A stretch of 56,185 nt of DNA, from assembly GCA_045576675.1 (NCBI GenBank), contig JAZNGX010000104.1, positions 1 to 56,185 of the forward strand. Direction: 5' to 3'. Below the pieces are notes generated by a model. That model did no database searches and had not been told where the DNA came from. It worked only from the letters and a program-made list of their open reading frames with translations. Each line of letters begins with the position of its first letter. Positions within the stretch are counted from its first letter, which is position 1. The stretch comes from Clostridia bacterium (GTDB taxonomy: Bacteria > Bacillota > Clostridia > Monoglobales > Firm-18). Position numbers and translations under genes: made by a program. Below are positions 6,944 through 16,542 of this stretch, in pieces.

Positions 6944-9244
6944 TTATACCAAATACACCTTTACATCATATATTTCATCTGCAACACAGGGTAAAACGCT
7001 TCCATCAATTTCTTTGTTATTTACAACTATTTTTTGAACAGTATTACATATTTTATCTTTTGCTTTATAATAACTTATATGATAGTTTGCACCTCTGAAA
7101 CTTCTTGTAATCGAACATTCACTCCAGCCTGAAGGTAAACACGGCATTATATGAATTCCATCCATCTCAGCTTTTAAACCAAAGATATAACTAATTACTG
7201 TAGTTGTAAACCAACCGCAAGAACCAGTTATCCAGCTAGCACCTGTTTCACCGTAACGATAACCGCTTCCCGGACCAAAATATGAATTTGACAAAACATA
7301 CGGTGTTGCATATTCAATATTTCTGTGTTTGCTGAACGGCAAAGCCTTGTCAAGAGTTCTGAACGCTGCATCATTTCTTTCTGCAATACAATCAGATAAC
7401 GCTTTAAACATATTAGCATGCAAATATATACCACCATTTAAATTTTCACCTGGTCTGATAACGCTGATAAAACCAATATCACTGCGGAATTTGTCAAAAA
7501 GTCCATATAATGTTGCTATACCGATATCACATTCCAAATACTTGTCAACCGAGTTCATAGCAAGTTTTGCTCTTTCTTCATCTGCAACACCTGAAATAAT
7601 CGCCCAGCTTTGAGTATTCAAAAAGAATTTTCCACCGTCAGAATCTTTTGAACCCACAGGCACTCCATCATCTGTAAAGCCTCTTAAATAATACTCTCCA
7701 TCCCAGCAATGAGTATTGATGTTATATTTTAGTTCATCCATCCTCGTTTCGCACAACGGCACAAGCTCGCTTTTTCCATAACCTGCAGCAATACCCTTAA
7801 AAACATCCAGTGCTTTATATAGAGCCATAGAAAGCCATACACTTTCCCCCTTGCCTTTTGCACCAACGCCGTTCATAACATCGTTCCAGTCACCGCTGTG
7901 AATTTTTGACAAACCGTGTGCACCTCTGTCGTTCCACAGATAATCAATTGCACGCTTCATATGATTGAACACTGTATCTTCTTTATCATCAATAAACGGA
8001 ACCATAATATCAAGGTATTCATAATTTCCATCCTCTTTTACTATGCTGTCAATAGTAAACGCTATCCAAACAGGACTGTCGGAATAATCCTGATCAATTA
8101 TAACATTTTCGCCCCATGCTCTTGGCGCATAACCCGAACCGTACTGATATGACAAAACCTTCAGAAAACGCTCCTTAGAAGTGTTTTTGTCAATTGCAGT
8201 ATAGCTTTGTGCATCTTGTGACAAATCACGGTAACCGTTAAAATATACCCTTGCCCACTGACTGTTGAAATTAAGCTGATGTTTAAGCCAGATGTTAAAG
8301 AAGGTGTCAAATTCTTCATACGGAGTGGTTATATTAACATTATCTACTTTACCCAAATAATAATCATTAGCACGTCTGAACTCTTTTTCTATAACACCAT
8401 CAGCAAAATATTTATTACGAAGTGAATTGATTTCGTTGCTTTCTTTAGTCACACCTGCAATTGTATTTACTGTCTTGACTTCTCCCGGTTCAATTTCAAG
8501 CTTTGTTTCAAGAGCAAATATAATCTTTTCGAATTCACAGATTGAATTTGTGCATCCTCCGTTAATTATTGCAAGAGGAGTTAATTCATTGTAATACTCG
8601 CCTATGAACTTACGTTCGTTTGTGTCATATCCTGACAAATTGCAGTCCATTGTGAAAAAGCCGTCCTCTGTTCGTCCTACCGTTTCGTGCGAAAAGTGAC
8701 TGCCAAATCTTACAACATTTGAGCCTACTATTGCGTTTGACGCTTCATCATATGTCGCATATGCAGCAGGGAAAGAGCCTTCGTGCTGACCATAAATTGC
8801 TGTGCCGAAATATGGAATCACTTTTATCTTACGTCTTTTGTCTGTAAGATTTTCTACAGTAATTGTCCATATTTCGCAGTTGTCATCTTGTGGCACAAAT
8901 ACCCTGTAGCACGTTTTTATTCCGTTAAATTCAGAAGTTATCTGCGAATAACCAAGAGCATGCTCACAGTCATAATTCTCATAGCCTTTATTTACCGGCA
9001 AGCCGTTAGCTGTCCAGAATTCGCCTGTTTCTTCATCAATAATATATACCATTCTGCTTGTAATAATATTGGTTCTTACACCATTTGAATCTTGTTTTAA
9101 TGACTTACCCTGTCCAATTTGCGAAAATATGCACAGAAACTCCTTGTTCCATATGTAATTCTGCCACTGACAAGGTGTGTTTGGGGTATTAATATTGAAG
9201 GTTTTTCCGTCATTTTTAAAACCTCCGTAAGTTCCCTTATACAT
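6944..9244 (-). CDS. GH94-like glycoside phosphorylase (cellobiose/chitobiose-phosphorylase superfamily), cytoplasmic
   Basis: 766 aa with no signal peptide. The N-terminal beta-sandwich region plus (alpha/alpha)6-type region has SGDWNDVMNGVG…GESVWLSMAL. This resembles the DWND segment of GH94 phosphorylases, recalled from memory. AAAGGAGG RBS. Confidence 0.6.
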   Translation of the reverse strand: MYKGTYGGFKNDGKTFNINTPNTPCQWQNYIWNKEFLCIFSQIGQGKSLKQDSNGVRTNIITSRMVYIIDEETGEFWTANGLPVNKGYENYDCEHALGYSQITSEFNGIKTCYRVFVPQDDNCEIWTITVENLTDKRRKIKVIPYFGTAIYGQHEGSFPAAYATYDEASNAIVGSNVVRFGSHFSHETVGRTEDGFFTMDCNLSGYDTNERKFIGEYYNELTPLAIINGGCTNSICEFEKIIFALETKLEIEPGEVKTVNTIAGVTKESNEINSLRNKYFADGVIEKEFRRANDYYLGKVDNVNITTPYEEFDTFFNIWLKHQLNFNSQWARVYFNGYRDLSQDAQSYTAIDKNTSKERFLKVLSYQYGSGYAPRAWGENVIIDQDYSDSPVWIAFTIDSIVKEDGNYEYLDIMVPFIDDKEDTVFNHMKRAIDYLWNDRGAHGLSKIHSGDWNDVMNGVGAKGKGESVWLSMALYKALDVFKGIAAGYGKSELVPLCETRMDELKYNINTHCWDGEYYLRGFTDDGVPVGSKDSDGGKFFLNTQSWAIISGVADEERAKLAMNSVDKYLECDIGIATLYGLFDKFRSDIGFISVIRPGENLNGGIYLHANMFKALSDCIAERNDAAFRTLDKALPFSKHRNIEYATPYVLSNSYFGPGSGYRYGETGASWITGSCGWFTTTVISYIFGLKAEMDGIHIMPCLPSGWSECSITRSFRGANYHISYYKAKDKICNTVQKIVVNNKEIDGSVLPCVADEIYDVKVYLV

Positions 9245-9264
9245 TTTTGTCCTCCTTTAAAGCT

Positions 9265-9287
9265 AAAGCGGCTGAACAGCCGCTTTT
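9265..9287 (-). terminator. Intra-operon hairpin between the SLH protein gene and the GH94-like gene
   Basis: AAAGCGGC…GCCGCTTT stem in the 48-nt gap. Only a short U tract follows on the minus strand, so it may be a partial terminator or an RNA-processing site. Confidence 0.35.
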
Positions 9288-9292
9288 AATGT

Positions 9293-12200
9293 TTAATATT
9301 GATATGCAATCAGTGCAACATATCCGTAGTTGCTTATAATTGTAACGACCCTTGCATTATCATTTAAATAATCGGTGAAATTATAGCGTGTGAGTGCTGT
9401 TAGCTTGTCTTTATCTGCGGCATAGAATTTATATACGCCCGCAAGATTGATTACTTCTTCTTCACCCGAAGCAAGTTTAAGCTTTATAGTATCGCCATTA
9501 TACAAATCAGCCGCACCATAAGTCATGCGGAATTTTGTTGCAGGATAGTTGTAACCGCCTATACTCATCGAACGGAATGCTCCGTTGTTAGAAGTATATG
9601 ATGCAATCGGAGTGTTCTCATATGTAAACACACGTTCTAACTGTGCGGCACGTGTTCCGTCCCGCGAGCCTGCATATGTATAGCGTATTAAATCACCGCG
9701 TTTGATATTGCCTAATGCAACAGTATAGGTTGTGAGATTACTGCCTGTCAGGGTTTTTGCATAACCATCAGCGTTTAACAGTCCCGGATTCTCACGCGTC
9801 ATCTTAAAGCCGTCATACATTGCATTTGTAAGAGGTGTAAGCAACACATCTTCTGTTACACCTGTCGAAATATTTATACCCTTGATGCAGTAACATTCTT
9901 CACCGTTTTCATCAAGCTTTTTATAAACACTGTCCACAATCACGGTTGCGGCACCGTCGTTGTTAATCGGGCGTTGTATATTGCCTGTCAGTTCAGAAAT
10001 TTCCTTGTACCTTAAAGCAAATGCAGGAGCACCGAATTCATCAGGCTCATAAAATACTGATGTAAAATTAATCAACGCATAATTACCAAAAACGCTTCTC
10101 GCAGTGCTTACGCTGTACATATCATCATATTCGTTGCCCGAAACCGGCACGCCGCCTGATGTTGGTATTACAAACACAGGTATATCTGCATTTAGCGGGA
10201 ACAACATCTGATTGTAACGGAAGATACCTCCGATTGATACCATAAACACATCCTTGCCGCCGTCAAGCGTAACATTCATACGTTCAAGTTCTGCACCTGT
10301 GTTATTACTTTCAAGGTCAATTTCCGTCAGCAAGCCGTTTGCATTGGTTTTAAAATAAGCCATTTTATAAAGAAGTGCAGACTGGTCCATATTGCAAATA
10401 TCGTTGTGTGACTTAATGTGTCCGTCAACTTTCACCTTTGAAGCACAACCGTATATCTTTGTGCCTGATGCCACAACATCAATGTCATAAATTCTGCTAC
10501 TGTCAAGCTGATAACGCTCCTGCTTTATAACGCCGTCCTTGACGAAAATTTTAAGCTTCGGTCCTTCCATATCATCAGGGTCGGCAGAAACCGCCGCAAT
10601 AAAACCAAGCTGACGTGTTTGTGAGTCAATATCTGTTTCTTCCATTATATATATAACCTCGTCATACTCATTGAATATAATGGTTGACATTTTACCCAAT
10701 TCAGGAATAACTTTTATATTATTCTTATAATAATCAGAATATAAATATTCTTTTCCGTCAAGTGTTATACCTTCACTGCTTGTTCCTTCAATTACTGAAG
10801 TGACGCTGTCCGTGAAAATTTCAATGCTCACATTCTTTTTGTCAGCAGACACATAAGCTAAAATCAAATTGTTTTCCTCTGCCGAGCCGATATTTGTTAC
10901 TCTACCGTTTTTATGGACTATGATTTTTTCAAACTTTGAAACTGATAAATCAGCGTTGTTTTTGCTTTTGATAACGACCTCTGTGTCGTCACCAAACGAA
11001 GCTCTGTTAATTATAACCTGCGGTCTGTCAATCAAAGCTGTTTCGTAGATGCCATCTTTGTCGCTATCAATCAGCGTTATAAAAGCTTCGTCTGATTTAA
11101 AATCATCATACGTCCAACCATTGTAAGCAACACCATTTAATATCACACTAAGTTCTCCTGAAACAGACGCATAAACTGCACTGTCACCTTCAAAATACTT
11201 AATACCTTTTGCATCATAGCCTACTATGTCACGGCTTTTGATTGCAAGAATGTCATTTCTTTTAACATCCTCCCAGTAATAGAGCAATGCTTCAGGGTCA
11301 TCCTCGGCAGTTATATAATAAATATTCCTGCCTAAAAGTCCGTCGATTTCGCCCCATTCATCAACATAACCGTTGCCGCTTATGATAATTTTGCCTGAAT
11401 AATCGGGCTGTGTCAGACTTGTCACACTGTTTTGTGTAACCTTGCCTTTATAAATATTAATTCCGTAATATGTTTCAATCAATGTTCTTCCTTCGGCACT
11501 TGTCATTCCCAAGCCGTTTGTAACTGTTGTCATTAATTTGGCATCAAGTGCAGAATATAAAATTTCCACCATTGTTTCTCTGTTTAAATACTCATCGCCG
11601 CCAACATACAAACCAATTTCACGGGCTGCAAGACCAACGCCCACAGGATAACCGCCAAGCTGTTCTATTCTTAATTTATACCCCATCATCACTTCAAGCA
11701 TTTTTAAGAAATCTGTAGGGCTTATAAGATTGTCGGGATAAAAATATTGTGCGTCATTAACCATACCGATTTTGTTGCACGCGGCAATTACTGCCGCATA
11801 CGTATGTTCTGCAGGAACATCATCATAAAGCTGAACCGGATTCATAATATTTTCAAGCCCCGTAAGCTTCAAAAGTGCCTCACACGCCTCTGCCCTTGTA
11901 ATTACTGTATCAGGCTCAAAGCTTTTTGCAGAGCCAAGGTCAATAATTTCAAGATATTGCAAAAGCTGTACCATACCGTCAAGCTGTGTGCCTTTAATAT
12001 CAGGATATGAATTTATAATTCTTTCAGGCTTTATGTACGCATCTCCGTATACTTCAAGCTCTGATACAACCGCAGAGTTCATTGATGCAAGACGTACATA
12101 TCTGTAACCGATGTCAAGATTAACCGTCACATCAAGGTCGCTGCCAAATTCCCCCGGCTCAACCTTTGTACCTACCGTCACAACCCCTTCGGCAAATTCA

Positions 12201-12538
12201 GGGTCGTTTGAAACCTGCAAAAGCCAGCCTGTTCTGTCAACTGCACGCTCCATATCACGGCGTGAACGTGCAATTATTCTGCTGATTATATATTCGCTCT
12301 CCAAATCAACGGCGATATATTCATATCCACCTTTTGGTCCTGTTTTCTTAACAAGTCCGCTTGCCCATGCACGTCCCAATGAACCGTCATTGACATTTCG
12401 TTCAGGATATGAATCGTTGTATATACTGCTGGCAAAAGTCGGCTTGCCAAGTGCAATGTTTTCTGCACCTGCATATACTATTGTAAGGCATGTGCAAAGC
12501 AATGCCAATGCTAATATAAATGATATTGTTTTTTTCAT
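9293..12538 (-). CDS. Secreted surface protein: F5/8 type C (discoidin) module, SLH-like repeats, large uncharacterised C-terminal region
   Basis: Signal peptide MKKTISFILALALLCTCLTIVYAGA. Discoidin pattern NIALGKPTFASS…NVNDG…YIAVDL…WLLQVSNDPEF…VSELEVYG. SLH-like repeats (FEPDTVITRAEACEALLKL; YDDVPAEHTYAAVIAACNKIGMV; GGYPVGVGLAAREIGL). Paralog of 40572-43160 (TLIDSDKDGIYETALIDRP vs KLIDNDNDGVYEVAVVKEF). Confidence 0.75.
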   Translation of the reverse strand: MKKTISFILALALLCTCLTIVYAGAENIALGKPTFASSIYNDSYPERNVNDGSLGRAWASGLVKKTGPKGGYEYIAVDLESEYIISRIIARSRRDMERAVDRTGWLLQVSNDPEFAEGVVTVGTKVEPGEFGSDLDVTVNLDIGYRYVRLASMNSAVVSELEVYGDAYIKPERIINSYPDIKGTQLDGMVQLLQYLEIIDLGSAKSFEPDTVITRAEACEALLKLTGLENIMNPVQLYDDVPAEHTYAAVIAACNKIGMVNDAQYFYPDNLISPTDFLKMLEVMMGYKLRIEQLGGYPVGVGLAAREIGLYVGGDEYLNRETMVEILYSALDAKLMTTVTNGLGMTSAEGRTLIETYYGINIYKGKVTQNSVTSLTQPDYSGKIIISGNGYVDEWGEIDGLLGRNIYYITAEDDPEALLYYWEDVKRNDILAIKSRDIVGYDAKGIKYFEGDSAVYASVSGELSVILNGVAYNGWTYDDFKSDEAFITLIDSDKDGIYETALIDRPQVIINRASFGDDTEVVIKSKNNADLSVSKFEKIIVHKNGRVTNIGSAEENNLILAYVSADKKNVSIEIFTDSVTSVIEGTSSEGITLDGKEYLYSDYYKNNIKVIPELGKMSTIIFNEYDEVIYIMEETDIDSQTRQLGFIAAVSADPDDMEGPKLKIFVKDGVIKQERYQLDSSRIYDIDVVASGTKIYGCASKVKVDGHIKSHNDICNMDQSALLYKMAYFKTNANGLLTEIDLESNNTGAELERMNVTLDGGKDVFMVSIGGIFRYNQMLFPLNADIPVFVIPTSGGVPVSGNEYDDMYSVSTARSVFGNYALINFTSVFYEPDEFGAPAFALRYKEISELTGNIQRPINNDGAATVIVDSVYKKLDENGEECYCIKGINISTGVTEDVLLTPLTNAMYDGFKMTRENPGLLNADGYAKTLTGSNLTTYTVALGNIKRGDLIRYTYAGSRDGTRAAQLERVFTYENTPIASYTSNNGAFRSMSIGGYNYPATKFRMTYGAADLYNGDTIKLKLASGEEEVINLAGVYKFYAADKDKLTALTRYNFTDYLNDNARVVTIISNYGYVALIAYQY

Positions 12539-12549
12539 TGCTTTACCAC

Positions 12550-14283
12550 CTACCCTTCAATAAAGTTCAAAAATCTGTCTATCATAACTGCCGCCTGGGC
12601 ACGTGTTGTTGTGCCTTTTGGATTAAAGCAACCGTTTTCATCGCCGACAACAATTTTCGCATCATACATTGCAAGAATATAGTTTAATGCATAGGCTGAA
12701 ATATTCTCATTAAACTTGGTTTCACTGCCTTCATTAAGCTTGATGCCTTTTGCTTCGGCAGCTCTGCCCAAAAACGTAACCGCATCCTCACGGGTGATTG
12801 TCATAGACGCACCAAAGCTTTCGCCCATTCCATTTGCGATGCCTTTTGAATATGCGGCACCAACATAAGGATACCACCAGTCGGTTACTGCGCAGTCGTT
12901 AAATTCAGGCATATTGTAACCGCCGTCCTGAGTTATATCCAACGCACAAACAAGCATCTTTAAAAATTCTGCTCTTGTAACATAATCTTCGGGAGCAAAA
13001 ACCTTTTCAGCTTTGCCATTGATGATTTTTTTGTCGTACAATCTTTCAATTGCTTCCTTTGCCCAATCGTAACCGTTAAGGTCAGTAAACACATCGGCTT
13101 TTTCAGGTGCAGGTGTGATAACAGGCGTTGTTTGTACTGCAGAGGATTTGTATGACATTCCTCCTCCGCCTCCGCCACCGCCGGACGACCCTCCGCCCGC
13201 TACGTTTGACGGTCTTTGTACCTTCTTTGAAGCTATAATTTCATCTGCTTCTTCTTTAACTGCAGCAGGGAAGCTGTTAAAATACTGTGCCGCATTTGTT
13301 CTGTCGATTTTTGGTGCGATTTCTGATGCCGAAACATTGTTTCTGCTTAAATAATCCATATCAATGCCAAGCTTGTCACCATATATTTCTATAACATCAA
13401 TTACGTCCTGATATGTACCATTCTGGAATATGGCAAAAATCGCACACTTTTCAAGATAGCTCCATATTGCTTCACTGCCCTGCGGAGCTTCTGTGCCGCT
13501 TACAACTGCATAAAACTGATTTGCTTTTGTTTTATCTGTAAACACCTTTGCAAGCACATCGGAATACTTTGAATACTCTGCTTCAAACTGTTGTGACGTG
13601 CCATAGAATAAAGCGTCAAATACAACTGCTGCCCTTATGATTTCAGTAACATCGGAAGGCTGTGAAATCCCCAGCGAAGTGCCTGTTATGCTTCCTGCTG
13701 CCATAAGCTCACGTGCAAGCACAAAGCTTTCACCGAAATTATCCGAAACACTTTCATATTCTGGAACCTGTGAAACCGCTATTATGCCATTTGACACATA
13801 AGTATCAAGCTTTTCGACAGCATCAGTCGAAGTTACTGTTTTTAAATCCTCAATAGCTTCTAATAGTTCTGCTTCGCTTATGCTATGAAGTATATATTCA
13901 GCAGTATAGGTTTTTGACATTGCATATCTGTAAATAAGCTTTACAGCGTATCTGCCTATAGCATCATTTTCAGTCAAAGCATACGAATATGATATTTCGT
14001 TCTTATCCTCAAGGTCACTTATAACATCAAGCTGTTTAATATCAGCAAGAGCATAATTATCAAACGTGCAGTCCTTATTCAGAATAATAACTGTCAAGCT
14101 TCCGCCCTTAGGCAGTGAGGCACTGCCTAAGGCTGCAGAAACTGTAAGCTTATTTCCTGCGGTGTCAACATTCAAAACATCAGACAACACAAAGGTATCC
14201 TCAGAAAAAGCAAAGCAACCAAGGCATATTGACAGACATAAGATTGTAACGCAAACTGTCTTAAAAAATTTGCTTTTTATCAT
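12550..14283 (-). CDS. S-layer-homology protein: signal peptide, Ig-like and helical region, poly-Gly linker, three C-terminal SLH domains
   Basis: Signal peptide. Linker GGGSSGGGGGGGG. Three SLH repeats (FTDLNGYDWAKEAIERLYDKKIINGKAEKVFAPEDYVTRAEFLKML…; FNDCAVTDWWYPYVGAAYSKGIANG…; ISAYALNYILAMYDAKIVVGDENGCFNPKGTTTRAQAAVMI). Paralog of 43157-44875. Confidence 0.85.
   Translation of the reverse strand: MIKSKFFKTVCVTILCLSICLGCFAFSEDTFVLSDVLNVDTAGNKLTVSAALGSASLPKGGSLTVIILNKDCTFDNYALADIKQLDVISDLEDKNEISYSYALTENDAIGRYAVKLIYRYAMSKTYTAEYILHSISEAELLEAIEDLKTVTSTDAVEKLDTYVSNGIIAVSQVPEYESVSDNFGESFVLARELMAAGSITGTSLGISQPSDVTEIIRAAVVFDALFYGTSQQFEAEYSKYSDVLAKVFTDKTKANQFYAVVSGTEAPQGSEAIWSYLEKCAIFAIFQNGTYQDVIDVIEIYGDKLGIDMDYLSRNNVSASEIAPKIDRTNAAQYFNSFPAAVKEEADEIIASKKVQRPSNVAGGGSSGGGGGGGGMSYKSSAVQTTPVITPAPEKADVFTDLNGYDWAKEAIERLYDKKIINGKAEKVFAPEDYVTRAEFLKMLVCALDITQDGGYNMPEFNDCAVTDWWYPYVGAAYSKGIANGMGESFGASMTITREDAVTFLGRAAEAKGIKLNEGSETKFNENISAYALNYILAMYDAKIVVGDENGCFNPKGTTTRAQAAVMIDRFLNFIEG
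13159..13197 (-). repeat. GC-rich Gly-codon tract (8 consecutive Gly codons within GGGSSGGGGGGGG)
   Basis: The plus strand reads TCCTCCTCCGCCTCCGCCACCGCC GGACGA CCCTCCGCC. It stands out against the AT-rich background and generates the spurious poly-Pro ORF 13115-13354. Confidence 0.8.
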
Positions 14284-14315
14284 TAAATATCTTTCCTTTT
14301 CTTATTGAAAATATT

Positions 14316-14969
14316 TTATTCTGCAGGTGTTATCCCAACAGGGACAAGATTGTTAAGATTGTACCAGAAGAATGCTTTTACATAATAATTATCTTTATTA
14401 TTTTCATAATCTTCAGGCAAATCTGTAATCTGTGCAGATAATGTAATGTTATCTGTTGTTGTATCCTGAGCAGTTTTCACACTGCATAATGCACCATTTT
14501 TATTGTAAAGTGCAACAATTAATGTAGGTGTGCTGTAGCTGTTACCTGTACCGATATCAACATTTACAGATGCTTTTAAGTTTTCTTCATCAATTACAAA
14601 ATCTTTAAATTCCACACCGGGGATATACTTTTCACCTGTTGCAATTTCACCATTTTCAAATACCAGGCGGAAGTTATATGTTCCCATTACTACGTTTTGT
14701 GTTTTTGGAATATTAAAAGAAAAACCGTTTTCATTATACTCTGCCGCATCTACATAATAGTATTCTTTTGCTATACTGCCCCAGCTTAATTCTTCATCCT
14801 CTGCCAAAGGAGCTTTAACTGTCAACAACGTTCTGCAGTTTTCCGGTGCTGTACCTGTAACTGTAAATCCGCCTGCTTTATCAAATGCAACAAGGCATCC
14901 ATCAGCAAAAACAGCTGTCTGGCAAGCAATAAGCATTATAGCCAAAATTAATGATATAATCTTTTTCAT
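14316..14969 (-). CDS. Small secreted two-module beta-sandwich protein, function unknown
   Basis: Signal peptide MKKIISLILAIMLIACQTAVFA. The C-terminal module LIVALYNKNGALCSV…YVKAFFWYNLNNLVP is shared with the C-termini of 14988-16526 and 37519-39303. Confidence 0.6.
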   Translation of the reverse strand: MKKIISLILAIMLIACQTAVFADGCLVAFDKAGGFTVTGTAPENCRTLLTVKAPLAEDEELSWGSIAKEYYYVDAAEYNENGFSFNIPKTQNVVMGTYNFRLVFENGEIATGEKYIPGVEFKDFVIDEENLKASVNVDIGTGNSYSTPTLIVALYNKNGALCSVKTAQDTTTDNITLSAQITDLPEDYENNKDNYYVKAFFWYNLNNLVPVGITPAE

Positions 14970-14987
14970 ATTATTTAACCCTCCTTA

Positions 14988-16526
14988 TTATTGTGCAGCC
15001 TGAACTGTGTATTCTTCAATATTATATATTGTTCCGTCTGATAAATTGTCAATTAATATTGCTTTGATTTTTGTTGTTTCAAGTCTTGCGTTACCGTTGC
15101 CTGTCTGGACAACAAATTCCTGCTGTGCATTTCCTTCAGCTGTTAATTCGCCGCTTGCAATATCAATCATTCTTCCGTCTTTATCATATAACACAACTAT
15201 CATTGTATATGTTTTGCCATTAAGCTCTGCAAAGTTGATATAGTTTCTGTACATATATGATGTACCGGGGATTAATACATTGTTTGCGTTTGACCAGTTC
15301 CATGTACCGTTAGCCCATGCTCCGATACCAAGTCTTTTTGTTATTGTAGGTGCAGGGTCACTTTCTGTAGATATAACTTCCGAAATTGTAATGTCAGCCG
15401 AACCTGTATTTTCAAGTGCTATGTAACGGAATTTATCTTCCTTTGAGTTTGTGCTTGTATATAATCCGTCTGTTAATGTTAATGCTGACATTGTTGAAAT
15501 CTCTTCCATTTCGTTTACAGGAACATTTGATTTGCCGCCTTTGATTTTAAGACCGTTAACATTATCTGCCGCAATAGAAATGTCCTTGAAAGTTTTATAT
15601 TTACCAAGGTCGATTACAACTGATTCGCCCGAAAACAGAGTAACAGTGCTATCGCCCGATACAGCTGCAGCGCCGTCTGTTTTGTTTGACGTAGCTCCGA
15701 ACTCATTTGCTGCAGTCAACTGCAATCTTGGCATATCAGCAGAATAAGCTGAAAGCGGATTTACAACATTACCTGCAAGGATATTAGCAACACCGGCTGT
15801 ATATCCGTCTGAAAGACAAGTTACAGCAGTACCGCCCTTTGTGATAGTTGCTCCAGTGAACAGATTTGCTCCGCCTTTGCTATTATTTGTATATAATTTT
15901 AATTCTGAAATTGAAAATCCCTGTTTAATTAATGTCATCTCTCCTGTATATGCATCATAGAAGCCTGAGATTGTATCAAGTACGTTTCTCGGCACACGTG
16001 CAACGGATACCATATTTACTGCCTTATTTTTATCAGAAAGTTCTAAAAAGCGGGCATTTGCGTTTCCGTCTGTAGCAGTATCTGTAATTGTATTATTTGT
16101 ATAAGTCAATCTTTCAACTGTTCCGTCAACATAAGTAACATATACTGCAACGCCAAAAGTTCCGTGTGCTGAATTTGTTGTTGTGCCGTCAGCATTTTTT
16201 CCATATTCCCAATTAAAATTAACAAATACTGTGTCAAGAGGTACAGGATTTATCAAAACTGCATTTATAACAGGTGACTTATCATTGTTACCCCATCCCA
16301 TCCAATGAGTAGCACAATTATCATCAAAAATATTTTTATATGTATTTTTCCAGTTATATGTTATATTTGAGCCAATGATTTTTGCTTTTTGTGTTATTTC
16401 TGTTAAATCAGTATTTTCTGCTTCAAATGAAGCAACAAGTGCATTTGCTTCTGAACCTGTATATGCAAACGCCTGCATACCAAGTACCAAGGTTAAAGTT
16501 AACAATAGTGAAATTAGTTTTTTCAT
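14988..16526 (-). CDS. Secreted protein of unknown function, likely carbohydrate-binding modules
   Basis: Signal peptide MKKLISLLLTLTLVLGMQAFA. No catalytic motif recognised. The C-terminal module MIVVLYDKDGRMIDI…KIKAILIDNL resembles those in neighbouring proteins. Confidence 0.55.
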   Translation of the reverse strand: MKKLISLLLTLTLVLGMQAFAYTGSEANALVASFEAENTDLTEITQKAKIIGSNITYNWKNTYKNIFDDNCATHWMGWGNNDKSPVINAVLINPVPLDTVFVNFNWEYGKNADGTTTNSAHGTFGVAVYVTYVDGTVERLTYTNNTITDTATDGNANARFLELSDKNKAVNMVSVARVPRNVLDTISGFYDAYTGEMTLIKQGFSISELKLYTNNSKGGANLFTGATITKGGTAVTCLSDGYTAGVANILAGNVVNPLSAYSADMPRLQLTAANEFGATSNKTDGAAAVSGDSTVTLFSGESVVIDLGKYKTFKDISIAADNVNGLKIKGGKSNVPVNEMEEISTMSALTLTDGLYTSTNSKEDKFRYIALENTGSADITISEVISTESDPAPTITKRLGIGAWANGTWNWSNANNVLIPGTSYMYRNYINFAELNGKTYTMIVVLYDKDGRMIDIASGELTAEGNAQQEFVVQTGNGNARLETTKIKAILIDNLSDGTIYNIEEYTVQAAQ

Positions 16527-16542
16527 TTTTCATTTCCTCCCA

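Noticed and set aside
13115-13354. 79-aa plus-strand ORF containing PPPPPPPPDDPPP
   Set aside because: It is the antisense reading of the Gly-codon tract of the SLH gene. It is fully embedded in a well-supported minus-strand CDS.
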